Source: a bacterium
GTDB taxonomy: Bacteria; Nitrospinota_A; UBA7883; JACRGQ01
Assembly (NCBI GenBank): GCA_036244935.1
Contig: BTTC01000001.1
Location: 1-27,902, forward strand
Direction of reading: 5' to 3'
DNA: 27,902 nucleotides
The position numbers and the translations under genes are program-made. The notes under the pieces were generated by a model, which was not told the origin of the DNA, did no database searches, and saw only the letters and a list, made by a program, of their open reading frames with translations. Below are positions 1-8,240 of this stretch, piece by piece (positions within the stretch are counted from its first letter, which is position 1; every line of letters starts with the position of its first letter).

Positions 1-143
1 CTGGAACATCTATCGTATCCGCTAAAACCTAAAACGCTATAAAGCATATTGCTTTACCATGAATACGATGCACACGCGTAATGTCTTGATATTAAGGCCT
101 GCTGGAACATCTATCGTATCCGCTAAAACCTAAAACGCTATAA
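1..143. repeat. Tandem copies (at least 1.4 units, 101-bp period) of a dispersed ~101-bp repeat; array may continue beyond the left edge
   Basis: 1-42 is identical to 102-143 (ctggaacatctatcgtatccgctaaaacctaaaacgctataa). The intervening 43-101 matches the left half of the copy at 5541-5643. Confidence 0.9.
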
Positions 144-202
144 GAGGCCAATCGGTAAATAAACAAAGCCTCGACAATAGTGGAAACTATCTACGTTAGC
201 GG

Positions 203-511
203 CTATCTTCGATTGAAAGGCCTTCTTCCACCACCACCGCCTCTTCCGCCGCCGCCTCTATTTTCTTTCGGGCGCGCCTTGTCCACCCTGATGGTTCGGC
301 CATCCAATTCGTGTCCGTTCATCTTTTGTATGGCGTCATCGGCTTCTTCGTCGGTAGCCATTTCTACGAAGCCAAATCCTTTGGACCGGCCGTCGTGAGG
401 GTCTGTCACAATCTTGACTGATTCCACGGTACCGGATTGGGCGAAGAGATCCCTCAATGAATCCTCCTGGGCAGAAAAAGGGATGTTGCCTACGTAAAGT
501 TTACAAGTCAT
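203..511 (-). CDS. RNA-binding protein, single RRM (RNP-1) domain with Gly/Arg-rich tail, 102 aa
   Basis: KLYVGNIPF (RNP2), RSKGFGFVEM (RNP1) and a C-terminal RGGGGRGGGGG. ATG at 511 is preceded by GGAGG; the ORF-track start at 598 (TTG) is an unlikely extension. Confidence 0.93.
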   Translation of the reverse strand: MTCKLYVGNIPFSAQEDSLRDLFAQSGTVESVKIVTDPHDGRSKGFGFVEMATDEEADDAIQKMNGHELDGRTIRVDKARPKENRGGGGRGGGGGRRPFNRR

Positions 512-805
512 CAAGAACCTCCAGTTGATTCCAGACCAATGAAGTTGAAATCCCAGAACACCACGCCCTGAGTTCCACCTTCCGAATCCGGAATCCAATA
601 TAAATTAAAACATCCGGTATAAATTAAACACCGTGAAAACACTTTTTTAAAAAACGGCTCGCCTCTCATCAGGTGGATAAACATCTTCATTAATTATTTG
701 GGTCTCTTCACCTTTTATACTTAAATAGTCCGATTTTAGCAATAAAAAAAGCGCTGTCAAAATCCGTTTTTTCGCGGTGAACGGTTGAGTGACGGCGAAA
801 ATTTT

Positions 806-2377
806 TCAACCTCGCGGTTTGGCGCGTAAATAACCGGCCAGAACAAAAAAGGCGCATAAGTACGTAAAAAAATCACCGAAACGCCCGTAAAAGGTGTTTT
901 GCGTTTGCGGCGGTGGTATCGTCAGAACATCCGATACGCGCGTCGTTTCAAAAAGCCGCGTGGTTTTTTTTATTTTTCCCGTGGCGGTTACGAAACCGGA
1001 TATTCCCGTGTTCGCCGCACGCACAATCGGAACCCGGTTTTCAACGGCTCGGAAAGGCAGCGACATCATGTGCTGAGCCGACGCGCCGCCCTTGCCGAAC
1101 CAGGCATCGTTCGTGATGTTGACTATCATTTCGGCGCCGTTGCGGACGAAGGAACGTACATACCCGGAAAAGATGATTTCGTAACAAATCTGGATTCCAA
1201 CGGAGACATCTTTAATTTTTACCGGTATTGCCCTATGGCCGGGTTTGATATCCTCCCTTACGGCGTCGGTCATCTTGTTAACGAAGAAAAGCAGCCGCCT
1301 TAAAGGTACGTATTCACCGAAAGGCACGAGGTGCATCTTGTTGTAATAAACGATCCTGTTTTTTTCAGGCGTTACCACGTATGCGCGGTTAAAATAGCTC
1401 CTCCGCATTTCCCTTTTTGCGCCGTCATCAATGGCCGAGCCGGTACGCTCCAGTCCCAACCCGCCGAATATCAGCGTTGTGGACGACTCCCGCACCAGCC
1501 GGTCGAGCCTTTTGGTGGCATCCGCATCAATGCCGTAGTAAAACGGCATCGCGGTCTCCGGCCATACCACAAGATCGGGGCTTTCTTTTGCAGCCTCACG
1601 CGTAAGCCTGAAGTACTTGTTTATTACCTGCTCCCGGTACCGCCGGTTCCATTTGATCCCCTGGTTTACGTTTCCCTGTATAACGGCGATTTTAATCTCC
1701 CGCCCGGCCAGCGCCTCAATTCTTTTTACCTCCATACCGCCCCATACGACGTTAACGACGGCAAGCCCTATGGCGGCGGCTGGAAGTCCGACGGCGCGGC
1801 CGCCGCTTGCGTACCCGCGTATTGCGTAAACAATCGAGGCGTTCACAAGCACAATAAGGAAGGTAACTCCCGCCGTTCCGGTTATGGACGCTATCTGTAT
1901 GACCGGCGGATTGGCGTACTGCGAATGCGCGAGCAGCGCCCAGGGCAGTCCGGTAAGGAGGCGCGCTCTTACGTATTCCAGAATTACAAACACGAAAGGT
2001 GATATGAATATCCCTTCCGGCGCGCGGCCAGCGCGCGCTGCGCCCCACGCGAAAATCGCCATATACAGCGCAAGGTAAAAAACAAGCAGCAGCGTAAGCA
2101 GGATGCATAGCAGCGCCGGTATGTGGCCGTAAACGGATAGTACGTTAAAAATCCACGGCATTACGCCGCCGAAGCAGATAACGCCCGTACAAAATCCCTG
2201 CTTTAACGCAACCAACCGGGTGTGGTTTTTCACGGCGGTTAAAAGCGGTACCAACGATACCCACGCCAGTATATGTATGTTGAAAGGCGGGAATATCAAT
2301 ACCAGCAGTACGCCGGAAAACGCCGGAAGAAAATACGGCCTTAAAAATGTTAAATTAAATAGCTTCATACGCTGCAC
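806..2377 (-). CDS. lnt: Apolipoprotein N-acyltransferase
   Basis: N-terminal TM helices plus nitrilase-fold catalytic motifs WPETA, YNKMHLVPFGEY, ICYE, NDAWFG and RAANTGIS. The start could be ATG 2368. Confidence 0.96.
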   Translation of the reverse strand: MQRMKLFNLTFLRPYFLPAFSGVLLVLIFPPFNIHILAWVSLVPLLTAVKNHTRLVALKQGFCTGVICFGGVMPWIFNVLSVYGHIPALLCILLTLLLVFYLALYMAIFAWGAARAGRAPEGIFISPFVFVILEYVRARLLTGLPWALLAHSQYANPPVIQIASITGTAGVTFLIVLVNASIVYAIRGYASGGRAVGLPAAAIGLAVVNVVWGGMEVKRIEALAGREIKIAVIQGNVNQGIKWNRRYREQVINKYFRLTREAAKESPDLVVWPETAMPFYYGIDADATKRLDRLVRESSTTLIFGGLGLERTGSAIDDGAKREMRRSYFNRAYVVTPEKNRIVYYNKMHLVPFGEYVPLRRLLFFVNKMTDAVREDIKPGHRAIPVKIKDVSVGIQICYEIIFSGYVRSFVRNGAEMIVNITNDAWFGKGGASAQHMMSLPFRAVENRVPIVRAANTGISGFVTATGKIKKTTRLFETTRVSDVLTIPPPQTQNTFYGRFGDFFTYLCAFFVLAGYLRAKPRG

Positions 2378-2400
2378 AATGTTAGATTATTAGCCTAAAA

Positions 2401-2469
2401 CTATCCAGACAGTTTTAGACTGTCCAGATAGCTTTAGACTACTTGGGTAGCTTTAGGCTATCCGGATAG
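2401..2469. repeat. Four tandem 19-bp units, each with a 12-bp imperfect palindrome, between divergent lnt and rodZ
   Basis: ctatccagacag (2401), ctgtccagatag (2420), ctacttgggtag (2439) and ctatccggatag (2458), separated by YTTTAGR heptamers. Confidence 0.8.
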
Positions 2470-2508
2470 AAACGGGGATTTTGCGAATCTGAGGAATACT
2501 TGAGGAAT

Positions 2509-3456
2509 ATGGAAACTATAACGACACTTGGCGATAAACTGAAAAGGGAACGCGAGGTGAGGGGCGTCACGCTGGATGAGATATCCCAGGCCACGAATAT
2601 TCGTACCAGTTTCCTGAGCGCGATGGAGGGAAACGATTTTCTAACTCTTCCCGGACCGGTATTCGTAACCGGCTTTCTGCGTTCGTACTCCGCCCACCTG
2701 GGACTGGATGCGGACAAGATAGTCGCCGAATACGAATCTCTGGGGATTGCAGACCCGGACGAGCTCTATCCATCGCCAACGGAAAACATAGAAAATGACA
2801 GGTTCTCCATCGCAGCTGTTATCGCCGTGCTTGTTTTGATGCTGGCGGGGTACCTCATATACACCAACTGGCCGAATCGTGAAGAACCGGAAAAACCGCA
2901 TTCCATAACGGAAAAAGCGAAAGAACCTATCATGATGGAATCTCAACCGCAGGAAAACCCGCACCAGGACGCCGTCGAAAATGAGGTTTCAGAGCCGGAA
3001 CAAACTATCCAAACGGTTCCGGCCAGTGAAATGATGCCGGAAGATACCGCGCCAAAACCGGCGCAGGCAGCCGAACCGGCAATTGCCTCGGCGAAAACTG
3101 CGGCAAAGCCGGAGAGCGCTTCTTTGGTCGAAGCGAAAATCTCACCGGCAAAACCGGGTACATCGTCTGTAACCCGCAAAAGTAAAAAGACAAGCCTTAA
3201 CAATGGATACAAATACCGGCTGGTGATAACCGCCGAAAGTGAAGACGTATGGGTTCTGGTAGACGTGGATAACGAGGTAACGCACGACCTTTTTGTCCGT
3301 ACGGACAGGCCGGTCGTCTTGCGCGCCAACAAGAGTTTTATATTAACTTCCGGCAACGCCAAAAGCATGAAGCTAAGACTTAACGGGAAACCGATGAATT
3401 TCAAGATGCCGCGCGGCAATGTAATCAGGAAATGGTCGATACCACTGCCCGGATGA
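2509..3456 (+). CDS. rodZ: RodZ-like cytoskeleton protein (N-terminal HTH, TM, Pro/Ala/Glu linker, DUF4115-like C-terminus)
   Basis: TLGDKLKREREVRGVTLDEIS...LPGPVFVTGFLRSYSAHLGLD, one TM helix, and C-terminal LTSGNA...LRLNGKP. ATG 2509 follows GAGGA (ORF track starts at TTG 2500). Confidence 0.85.
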   Translation: METITTLGDKLKREREVRGVTLDEISQATNIRTSFLSAMEGNDFLTLPGPVFVTGFLRSYSAHLGLDADKIVAEYESLGIADPDELYPSPTENIENDRFSIAAVIAVLVLMLAGYLIYTNWPNREEPEKPHSITEKAKEPIMMESQPQENPHQDAVENEVSEPEQTIQTVPASEMMPEDTAPKPAQAAEPAIASAKTAAKPESASLVEAKISPAKPGTSSVTRKSKKTSLNNGYKYRLVITAESEDVWVLVDVDNEVTHDLFVRTDRPVVLRANKSFILTSGNAKSMKLRLNGKPMNFKMPRGNVIRKWSIPLPG

Positions 3457-3537
3457 AGCGCAGGCGCCGTAAACGGATCGCAGGCGCGGCTTTTTTTAAT
3501 GCGTCCGCCGCTGCCGCGTAGCACATAGAAAGGTACG

Positions 3538-4395
3538 TTGCGCTCCGCGACTGCGAAACAGGTTCTCGGTATTATAGGCCATCCTGTCGGCCACACCCTT
3601 TCGCCTCTTATGCACAACTACGCCGCCGAGCTGCTGGGCCTGGATTACGTTTATGTTTCGTTCGACGTTCACCCCGATAACCTGCGGAAAATTTTTAACG
3701 GCGTCAGGGGGCTAGGCATAAAGGGACTTAACGTAACCGTTCCCCACAAGGAGAAGGTAATTCCTTTTCTGGACCGGGTCGAGGAGGATGCCTCCATCAT
3801 GGGCGCGGTGAATACCATAACTCTTGACAACGGCTGCCTGGTTGGCGCAAACACGGACGGTACCGGTTTTATTAAATCTATTGCCGCCGAAGGGCTTGAC
3901 CCCAACGGCAAAAAAGTTGCCATAGTAGGCGCCGGAGGTTCCGCCCGCGCCATAGGCGTAGCGCTTTGCCGCGCCGGAGCTTCCAGTATTACGGTTATTA
4001 ACCGCTCCGCTTCGCGCGGCAAGCGGCTTGCCAGACATCTTTCAAAGCTGGGGGATGTATCGTTCGTTGCGTCCGATTCGGAATCGGAAAGGGTCAAGGA
4101 GGCGACTTACGCAAGCGATCTTATAGTGCAAACTACCCCGTGTGGTATGAAACGTACGGACCCCCTTCCCGCCGAGCAGGTCGCTTTCCGTAAGGGCCAG
4201 CTTCTGTGTGATATAATTTACACGATTGAGACCCCATTCATGAAAAAAGCAAGATCCATGGGCGCTCGCGCCATAAACGGGTTGGGGATGCTTGTCTGCC
4301 AAGGCAGTGAATCCTTCAGGATATGGACCGGACATTCCTTTCCGGAAAAAGAAATCCTTGGGTTTTTGAAACGTATTTTGTCAAAAGGCGGGTAA
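3538..4395 (+). CDS. aroE: Shikimate dehydrogenase
   Basis: GHPVGHTLSPLMHN, GLNVTVPHKE, GAVNTI, NTDG, GAGGSARAI and GLGMLVCQG motifs. Confidence 0.96.
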   Translation: MRSATAKQVLGIIGHPVGHTLSPLMHNYAAELLGLDYVYVSFDVHPDNLRKIFNGVRGLGIKGLNVTVPHKEKVIPFLDRVEEDASIMGAVNTITLDNGCLVGANTDGTGFIKSIAAEGLDPNGKKVAIVGAGGSARAIGVALCRAGASSITVINRSASRGKRLARHLSKLGDVSFVASDSESERVKEATYASDLIVQTTPCGMKRTDPLPAEQVAFRKGQLLCDIIYTIETPFMKKARSMGARAINGLGMLVCQGSESFRIWTGHSFPEKEILGFLKRILSKGG

Positions 4396-4396
4396 C

Positions 4397-5473
4397 GTGG
4401 CGAAGATCGACGCATTTTTCAAACTGATGAACGAGCAGGGGGCATCAGACCTTCATCTTGTCGCGGGCAAACAGCCGGTACTTCGCATCCACGGCGACAT
4501 GGAAAGAATCAAGTACAAAACTCTTTCCAACGATGAACTCAAAGCGATGCTTTACGAAATCGCCCCGGAAGAAAAGGTAAAGGAGTTCGAAGAAAGCGGC
4601 GATATCGATTTCGGATACGAAATACCGGGCCTTGCCCGTTATCGTTCTAACTTCTTCATGCAAAAAGAGGGCGTGGGCGCCGTTTTCCGAGAGATACCCA
4701 GCAAGATACTGACAGCCGACGAGCTAGGTCTGCCGCCGATACTGAAGAAATTGGCGATGATTCAAAAAGGACTGGTCCTGGTTACCGGTCCCACGGGGTC
4801 GGGCAAATCCACGACGCTTGCGGCTATCATCGACCATGCGAACAAGGAACGGAAAGACCACATATTGACAATCGAGGACCCGATAGAGTTTGTTCACCAA
4901 AGCCAGGGCTGCGTTATAAATCACCGCGAGGTGGGTCTGCACACAAAATCCTTCGCGGCCGCGCTGCGCGGCGCACTGCGCGAAGACCCGGACATCATAC
5001 TGGTGGGTGAAATGCGCGATCTTGAAACCATCATGCTTGCGCTGGAGGCGGCGGCCACGGGCCATCTCGTTTTCGGAACTCTGCATACGCAATCGGCGGC
5101 GAAAACGGTCGACCGCGTTATAGACGTTTTTCCGGCTAACCAGCAGGCGCAAGTCCGCACCACGCTATCGGAAGCGTTGAAGGGCGTCGTGGCGCAAAAC
5201 CTTTTTAAGCGCGCAGATAAAAAAGGACGCTGCGCCGCGCTGGAGATACTGGTTGTCACCCCGGCGGTGGCGAACCTGATCCGCGAAGGAAAAACCTTCC
5301 AGATACCGTCCGCAATCCAGACCGGCAAAAAATACGGCATGGTGTCGCTGGATGACGCCATACTCGAGGTGCTGCAAAAGGGATGGATAACTTCCGAGGA
5401 AGCATACGACAAGGCGGTCGAAAAACAGCGCTTCCTGCAGTTCCTCAAAGAACCGCCGGACGAATGGAGATGA
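4397..5473 (+). CDS. pilT: Type IV pilus retraction ATPase PilT
   Basis: ASDLHL, Walker A GPTGSGKSTT, TIEDPIE, ALREDPDIILVGEMRD, GHLVFGTLHT and AVANLIREGK (AIRNLIRE-like). Confidence 0.95.
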   Translation: MAKIDAFFKLMNEQGASDLHLVAGKQPVLRIHGDMERIKYKTLSNDELKAMLYEIAPEEKVKEFEESGDIDFGYEIPGLARYRSNFFMQKEGVGAVFREIPSKILTADELGLPPILKKLAMIQKGLVLVTGPTGSGKSTTLAAIIDHANKERKDHILTIEDPIEFVHQSQGCVINHREVGLHTKSFAAALRGALREDPDIILVGEMRDLETIMLALEAAATGHLVFGTLHTQSAAKTVDRVIDVFPANQQAQVRTTLSEALKGVVAQNLFKRADKKGRCAALEILVVTPAVANLIREGKTFQIPSAIQTGKKYGMVSLDDAILEVLQKGWITSEEAYDKAVEKQRFLQFLKEPPDEWR

Positions 5474-5481
5474 TCGGGCCG

Positions 5482-5538
5482 AGCTTGTTGTGGTTCGATC
5501 CTTCGGCGGGCTCAGGATGACAGCTCACCATGACAAGC
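5482..5538 (-). repeat. Nested REP-like palindromic element (57 bp), inverted copy of 6334-6390
   Basis: Reverse complement is 56/57 identical to 6334-6390; it lies immediately after the pilT stop. Confidence 0.9.
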
Positions 5539-5540
5539 AT

Positions 5541-5643
5541 TAAAGCATATTGCTTTACCATGAATACGATGCACATGCGTAATGTCTTGATATTCAGACC
5601 TGTTAGAGTATCTATCGTATCTGCCAGAGCTTGAAACGCTATA
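5541..5643. repeat. Full copy of the ~101-bp dispersed repeat
   Basis: taaagcatattgctttaccatgaatacgatgcacatgcgtaatgtcttgatattcagacctgttagagtatctatcgtatctgccagagcttgaaacgctata aligns end to end with 40-142. Confidence 0.9.
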
Positions 5644-5661
5644 ATTTTGGCAGCAGTAATT

Positions 5662-6225
5662 CTATGAGTTTTTCCGCAGGTCTTTCCTGCCGATTGAATA
5701 CGCATTTGCCTGTCTTTTTGCCTTGACGGGTTTTTCTGCGCGGTAGATCACCGTCTCCTTGTAAAGCAGCGCGCCGTTTTGGTCGATCAAGGTAAAATCA
5801 CTCATCATGTAGTCCGTTTCGATAAACCACCTGCCGGTTATCGTCCGCTTGCCGCTCGACTTTGTAAATTTATACAGGTTGCTGTTAACCATCGTTCCCC
5901 GCGTGTATTCCGCCACCGTTTGCATTTTATCGTTCACAACTACGCTGGCCACGTCAACGCCGGTGCGGACGATTTTCACCGTTACATCCGGCGCTGCTTT
6001 TTTTCTTACAAAATTTTTTATTTCAATCACCACTACCTGATCCTGGCTAAAAACCGACACAAGACTCCTGAATCGGCGCAGTCTTACCGGAGGAGTTGCC
6101 TTGACGTTGTATTCATAGGCGGTCGCTTCAAAAACCCTGTTCTTTCGCGATGCGTCCGCGCCCGGCGACGTTACGCAGGAAAATAATGAAACGAAAACCA
6201 GTAACGACAAAATTCGATAGCGCAT
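5662..6225 (-). CDS. Hypothetical lipoprotein, 187 aa (beta-rich mature part)
   Basis: MRYRILSLLVFVSLFSC carries a lipobox (LFSC). The ATG at 6225 lies inside a MITE terminal repeat; the ORF-track extension to 6342 runs through MITE sequence. Confidence 0.72.
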   Translation of the reverse strand: MRYRILSLLVFVSLFSCVTSPGADASRKNRVFEATAYEYNVKATPPVRLRRFRSLVSVFSQDQVVVIEIKNFVRKKAAPDVTVKIVRTGVDVASVVVNDKMQTVAEYTRGTMVNSNLYKFTKSSGKRTITGRWFIETDYMMSDFTLIDQNGALLYKETVIYRAEKPVKAKRQANAYSIGRKDLRKNS

Positions 6226-6541
6226 CAGTTCGAATCGACACGCCCATGAATAAAGCGGTTTTCGTAATAATCCTCCCTTTGCGGCGAGCACAATGGGAGG
6301 TGGCTGCCGCAGGCAGTCGGGGTTTTCTATAACGCTTGTCATGGTGAGCTGTCATCCTGAGCCCGCCGAAGGATCGAACCACGACAAGCTGAGAGAACGC
6401 CCTTCGACAAGCTCAGGGTGACAACAGGGAACCCCACCCCTTTTGTTCCCCTCCCCGAGAACTTTCGGGGAGGGGATGTTTGCCCTGAGTCAAATTTCGT
6501 TGGCATTAGCAAATTTGGAATTTTCAAACTGATACACTACA
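6216..6541 (+). mobile_element. MITE-like non-autonomous element, copy A (326 bp)
   Basis: Terminal inverted repeats gatagcgcatcagttcgaa (6216-6234) and ttcaaactgatacactaca (6523-6541), 14/19 match. Degenerate 8-bp flanks caaaattc/tggaattc. Internal modules colinear with 17121-17480. Confidence 0.8.
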
Positions 6542-6675
6542 TGGAATTCGGGCAGTTGGTCTTTTTGTTTTCACTATGGATATAATATACTCTACTCCAG
6601 ATGCAGTTGCCGCATAAAGCCTTGCCGACCCTTAACCCGAACGTAAAACAAAACCTTAAATTGTGAGAGTGTTAA

Positions 6676-8172
6676 ATGGTACGTATACGTGTTCTGTCCG
6701 AACCCATTGAGAAAATAAAAACCGAGGCCCTGGCGCTGTTTCTTTTTGAAGACGGCAAACCCGCCGCCGCGCAAAAGGCAATTGATAAAAAGCTGGGCGG
6801 CCGTATTTCCACCCTGATAAGGAAAAAGAAATTCATCCCGAAAAAATCTTCCACGCGCGTAATTGAAACGCTGGGAAGGCTTGAAGCTGATACCGTTTTG
6901 CTGGTGGGTCTGGGCAAGAAAAAAGATTTTACCCTGGAAATCCTGCGCCGGGCATCCGCAAAGGCGGCAACAACGCTGCGCCGCCTGGGTGCGGGTAGTT
7001 TTTCGCTGTCGGTTGAGGAGTTTGCCGATAAAAAACAAAACGAAGAGGCGATGGCGCGGGCCGCGTCGGAAGGTATTATTCTTTCGCTTTACAGGTACAC
7101 CGAGTATCTGGGGAAAAAACCCGACAACGATGCCGGCGATATACGTTACGTGGCGTTTGCCCAAAAAAAATCAGCGGTTTCAAGCGTCAAATCCGCCGTG
7201 GCCGCCGCGCAAAAAATATGCCGTGCGGTATTTCTGGCGCGCGATCTGCAGAACCATCCGGCTAATAAAGCCACACCTTCTTTCATTGCGGAAAAGGCAA
7301 GGAGTATCTGCAGGGAAGTCGGTATGCGCTGCCGCGTCTTGAACAAAAACGAGATAGAACGATTGAAGATGGGCGCTTTCCTTTCCGTCGCGCAAGGCAG
7401 CGCGCAGCCTCCGAAGTTCATAGTCATGGAACACATGAAAGGCAAAAAAAACGAAAAACCGGTCGTGTTCGTGGGCAAGGGGCTGACGTTCGACAGCGGC
7501 GGCATATCCATAAAACCTTCGCAGAACATGGATGAGATGAAGTTCGATATGAGCGGCGCGGCGACGGTGATCGGCGCCATGTACGCCATAGGGCTTTTGA
7601 AGCTGAAAAAAAACGTGGTCGGTCTCGTTGCCGCCACGGAGAACATGCCCGGCGGAAAAGCTGTAAAACCGGGCGACATCGTGCGCGCCATGTCCGGCAA
7701 AACGATTGAAGTTCTGAATACGGACGCGGAGGGACGGCTTGTGCTTGCAGACGCGCTTCACTACGCAAAAAAATACAAGCCGTCGGTGGTAATCGATCTG
7801 GCGACCCTGACCGGGTCGTGCCTGGTTGCGCTGGGTACATTTGCCAGCGGGCTTTTAGGCAACGATCAAAAGCTGATGGACACTTTGCAAAAGGCGGGCG
7901 AGCGCACGGGCGAACGGTGCTGGCCGCTGCCGCTGTGGGATGAATACGGCGAATTGATTAAAAGCAAGGTGGCCGATCTTAAAAACATCGGCGGGCGCTA
8001 TGGAGGTACCATAACGGCGGCGGCGTTCCTCAAGGAATTCACGGACTACCCGTGGGCTCATCTCGACATCGCGGGGACGGCGTTTTCCCCAAAACCGCAG
8101 TCGTCTTACGTGCCTGCCGGGGGCGCGGGTTTCGGTGTACGGCAGCTTGTCGATTTTTTGATGCATCGATAA
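6676..8172 (+). CDS. pepA: Leucyl aminopeptidase (M17 family)
   Basis: GKGLTFDSGG, MKFDMSGAA, NTDAEGRL, DLATLTG and WAHLDIAGT motifs. Confidence 0.97.
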   Translation: MVRIRVLSEPIEKIKTEALALFLFEDGKPAAAQKAIDKKLGGRISTLIRKKKFIPKKSSTRVIETLGRLEADTVLLVGLGKKKDFTLEILRRASAKAATTLRRLGAGSFSLSVEEFADKKQNEEAMARAASEGIILSLYRYTEYLGKKPDNDAGDIRYVAFAQKKSAVSSVKSAVAAAQKICRAVFLARDLQNHPANKATPSFIAEKARSICREVGMRCRVLNKNEIERLKMGAFLSVAQGSAQPPKFIVMEHMKGKKNEKPVVFVGKGLTFDSGGISIKPSQNMDEMKFDMSGAATVIGAMYAIGLLKLKKNVVGLVAATENMPGGKAVKPGDIVRAMSGKTIEVLNTDAEGRLVLADALHYAKKYKPSVVIDLATLTGSCLVALGTFASGLLGNDQKLMDTLQKAGERTGERCWPLPLWDEYGELIKSKVADLKNIGGRYGGTITAAAFLKEFTDYPWAHLDIAGTAFSPKPQSSYVPAGGAGFGVRQLVDFLMHR

Positions 8173-8223
8173 AAAGTTTCACGCCTGCCGCAGCGCGCGA
8201 TTCCAATCGGGCTGCTGAATCTC

Positions 8224-8240
8224 TTGGCGTTATAATTGCG
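8224..8240 (+). promoter_or_regulatory. Candidate sigma-54 (-24/-12) promoter upstream of the pilus assembly operon
   Basis: tTGGCgttataaTTGCg: GG at 8226-27 and GC at 8238-39 with the exact 10-nt spacing, ~100 bp before the ATG at 8338. Also contains TATAAT (8231-36). Confidence 0.5.

Noticed and set aside
1-143. CRISPR array (42-bp repeat, 59-bp spacer)
   Set aside because: The apparent spacer is itself conserved at 5541-5600 and 17076-17120, so the whole 101 bp is the repeat unit; no cas genes are present.
5541-5643. Integron attC site downstream of a cassette-like gene
   Set aside because: No RYYYAAC/GTTRRRY core pair at the ends, copies follow housekeeping genes such as pgk, and no integrase is seen.
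6226-6342. 39-aa N-terminal extension of the lipoprotein (ORF-track start 6342)
   Set aside because: Lies wholly in MITE sequence and would bury the signal peptide; ATG 6225 is preferred, though not proven.
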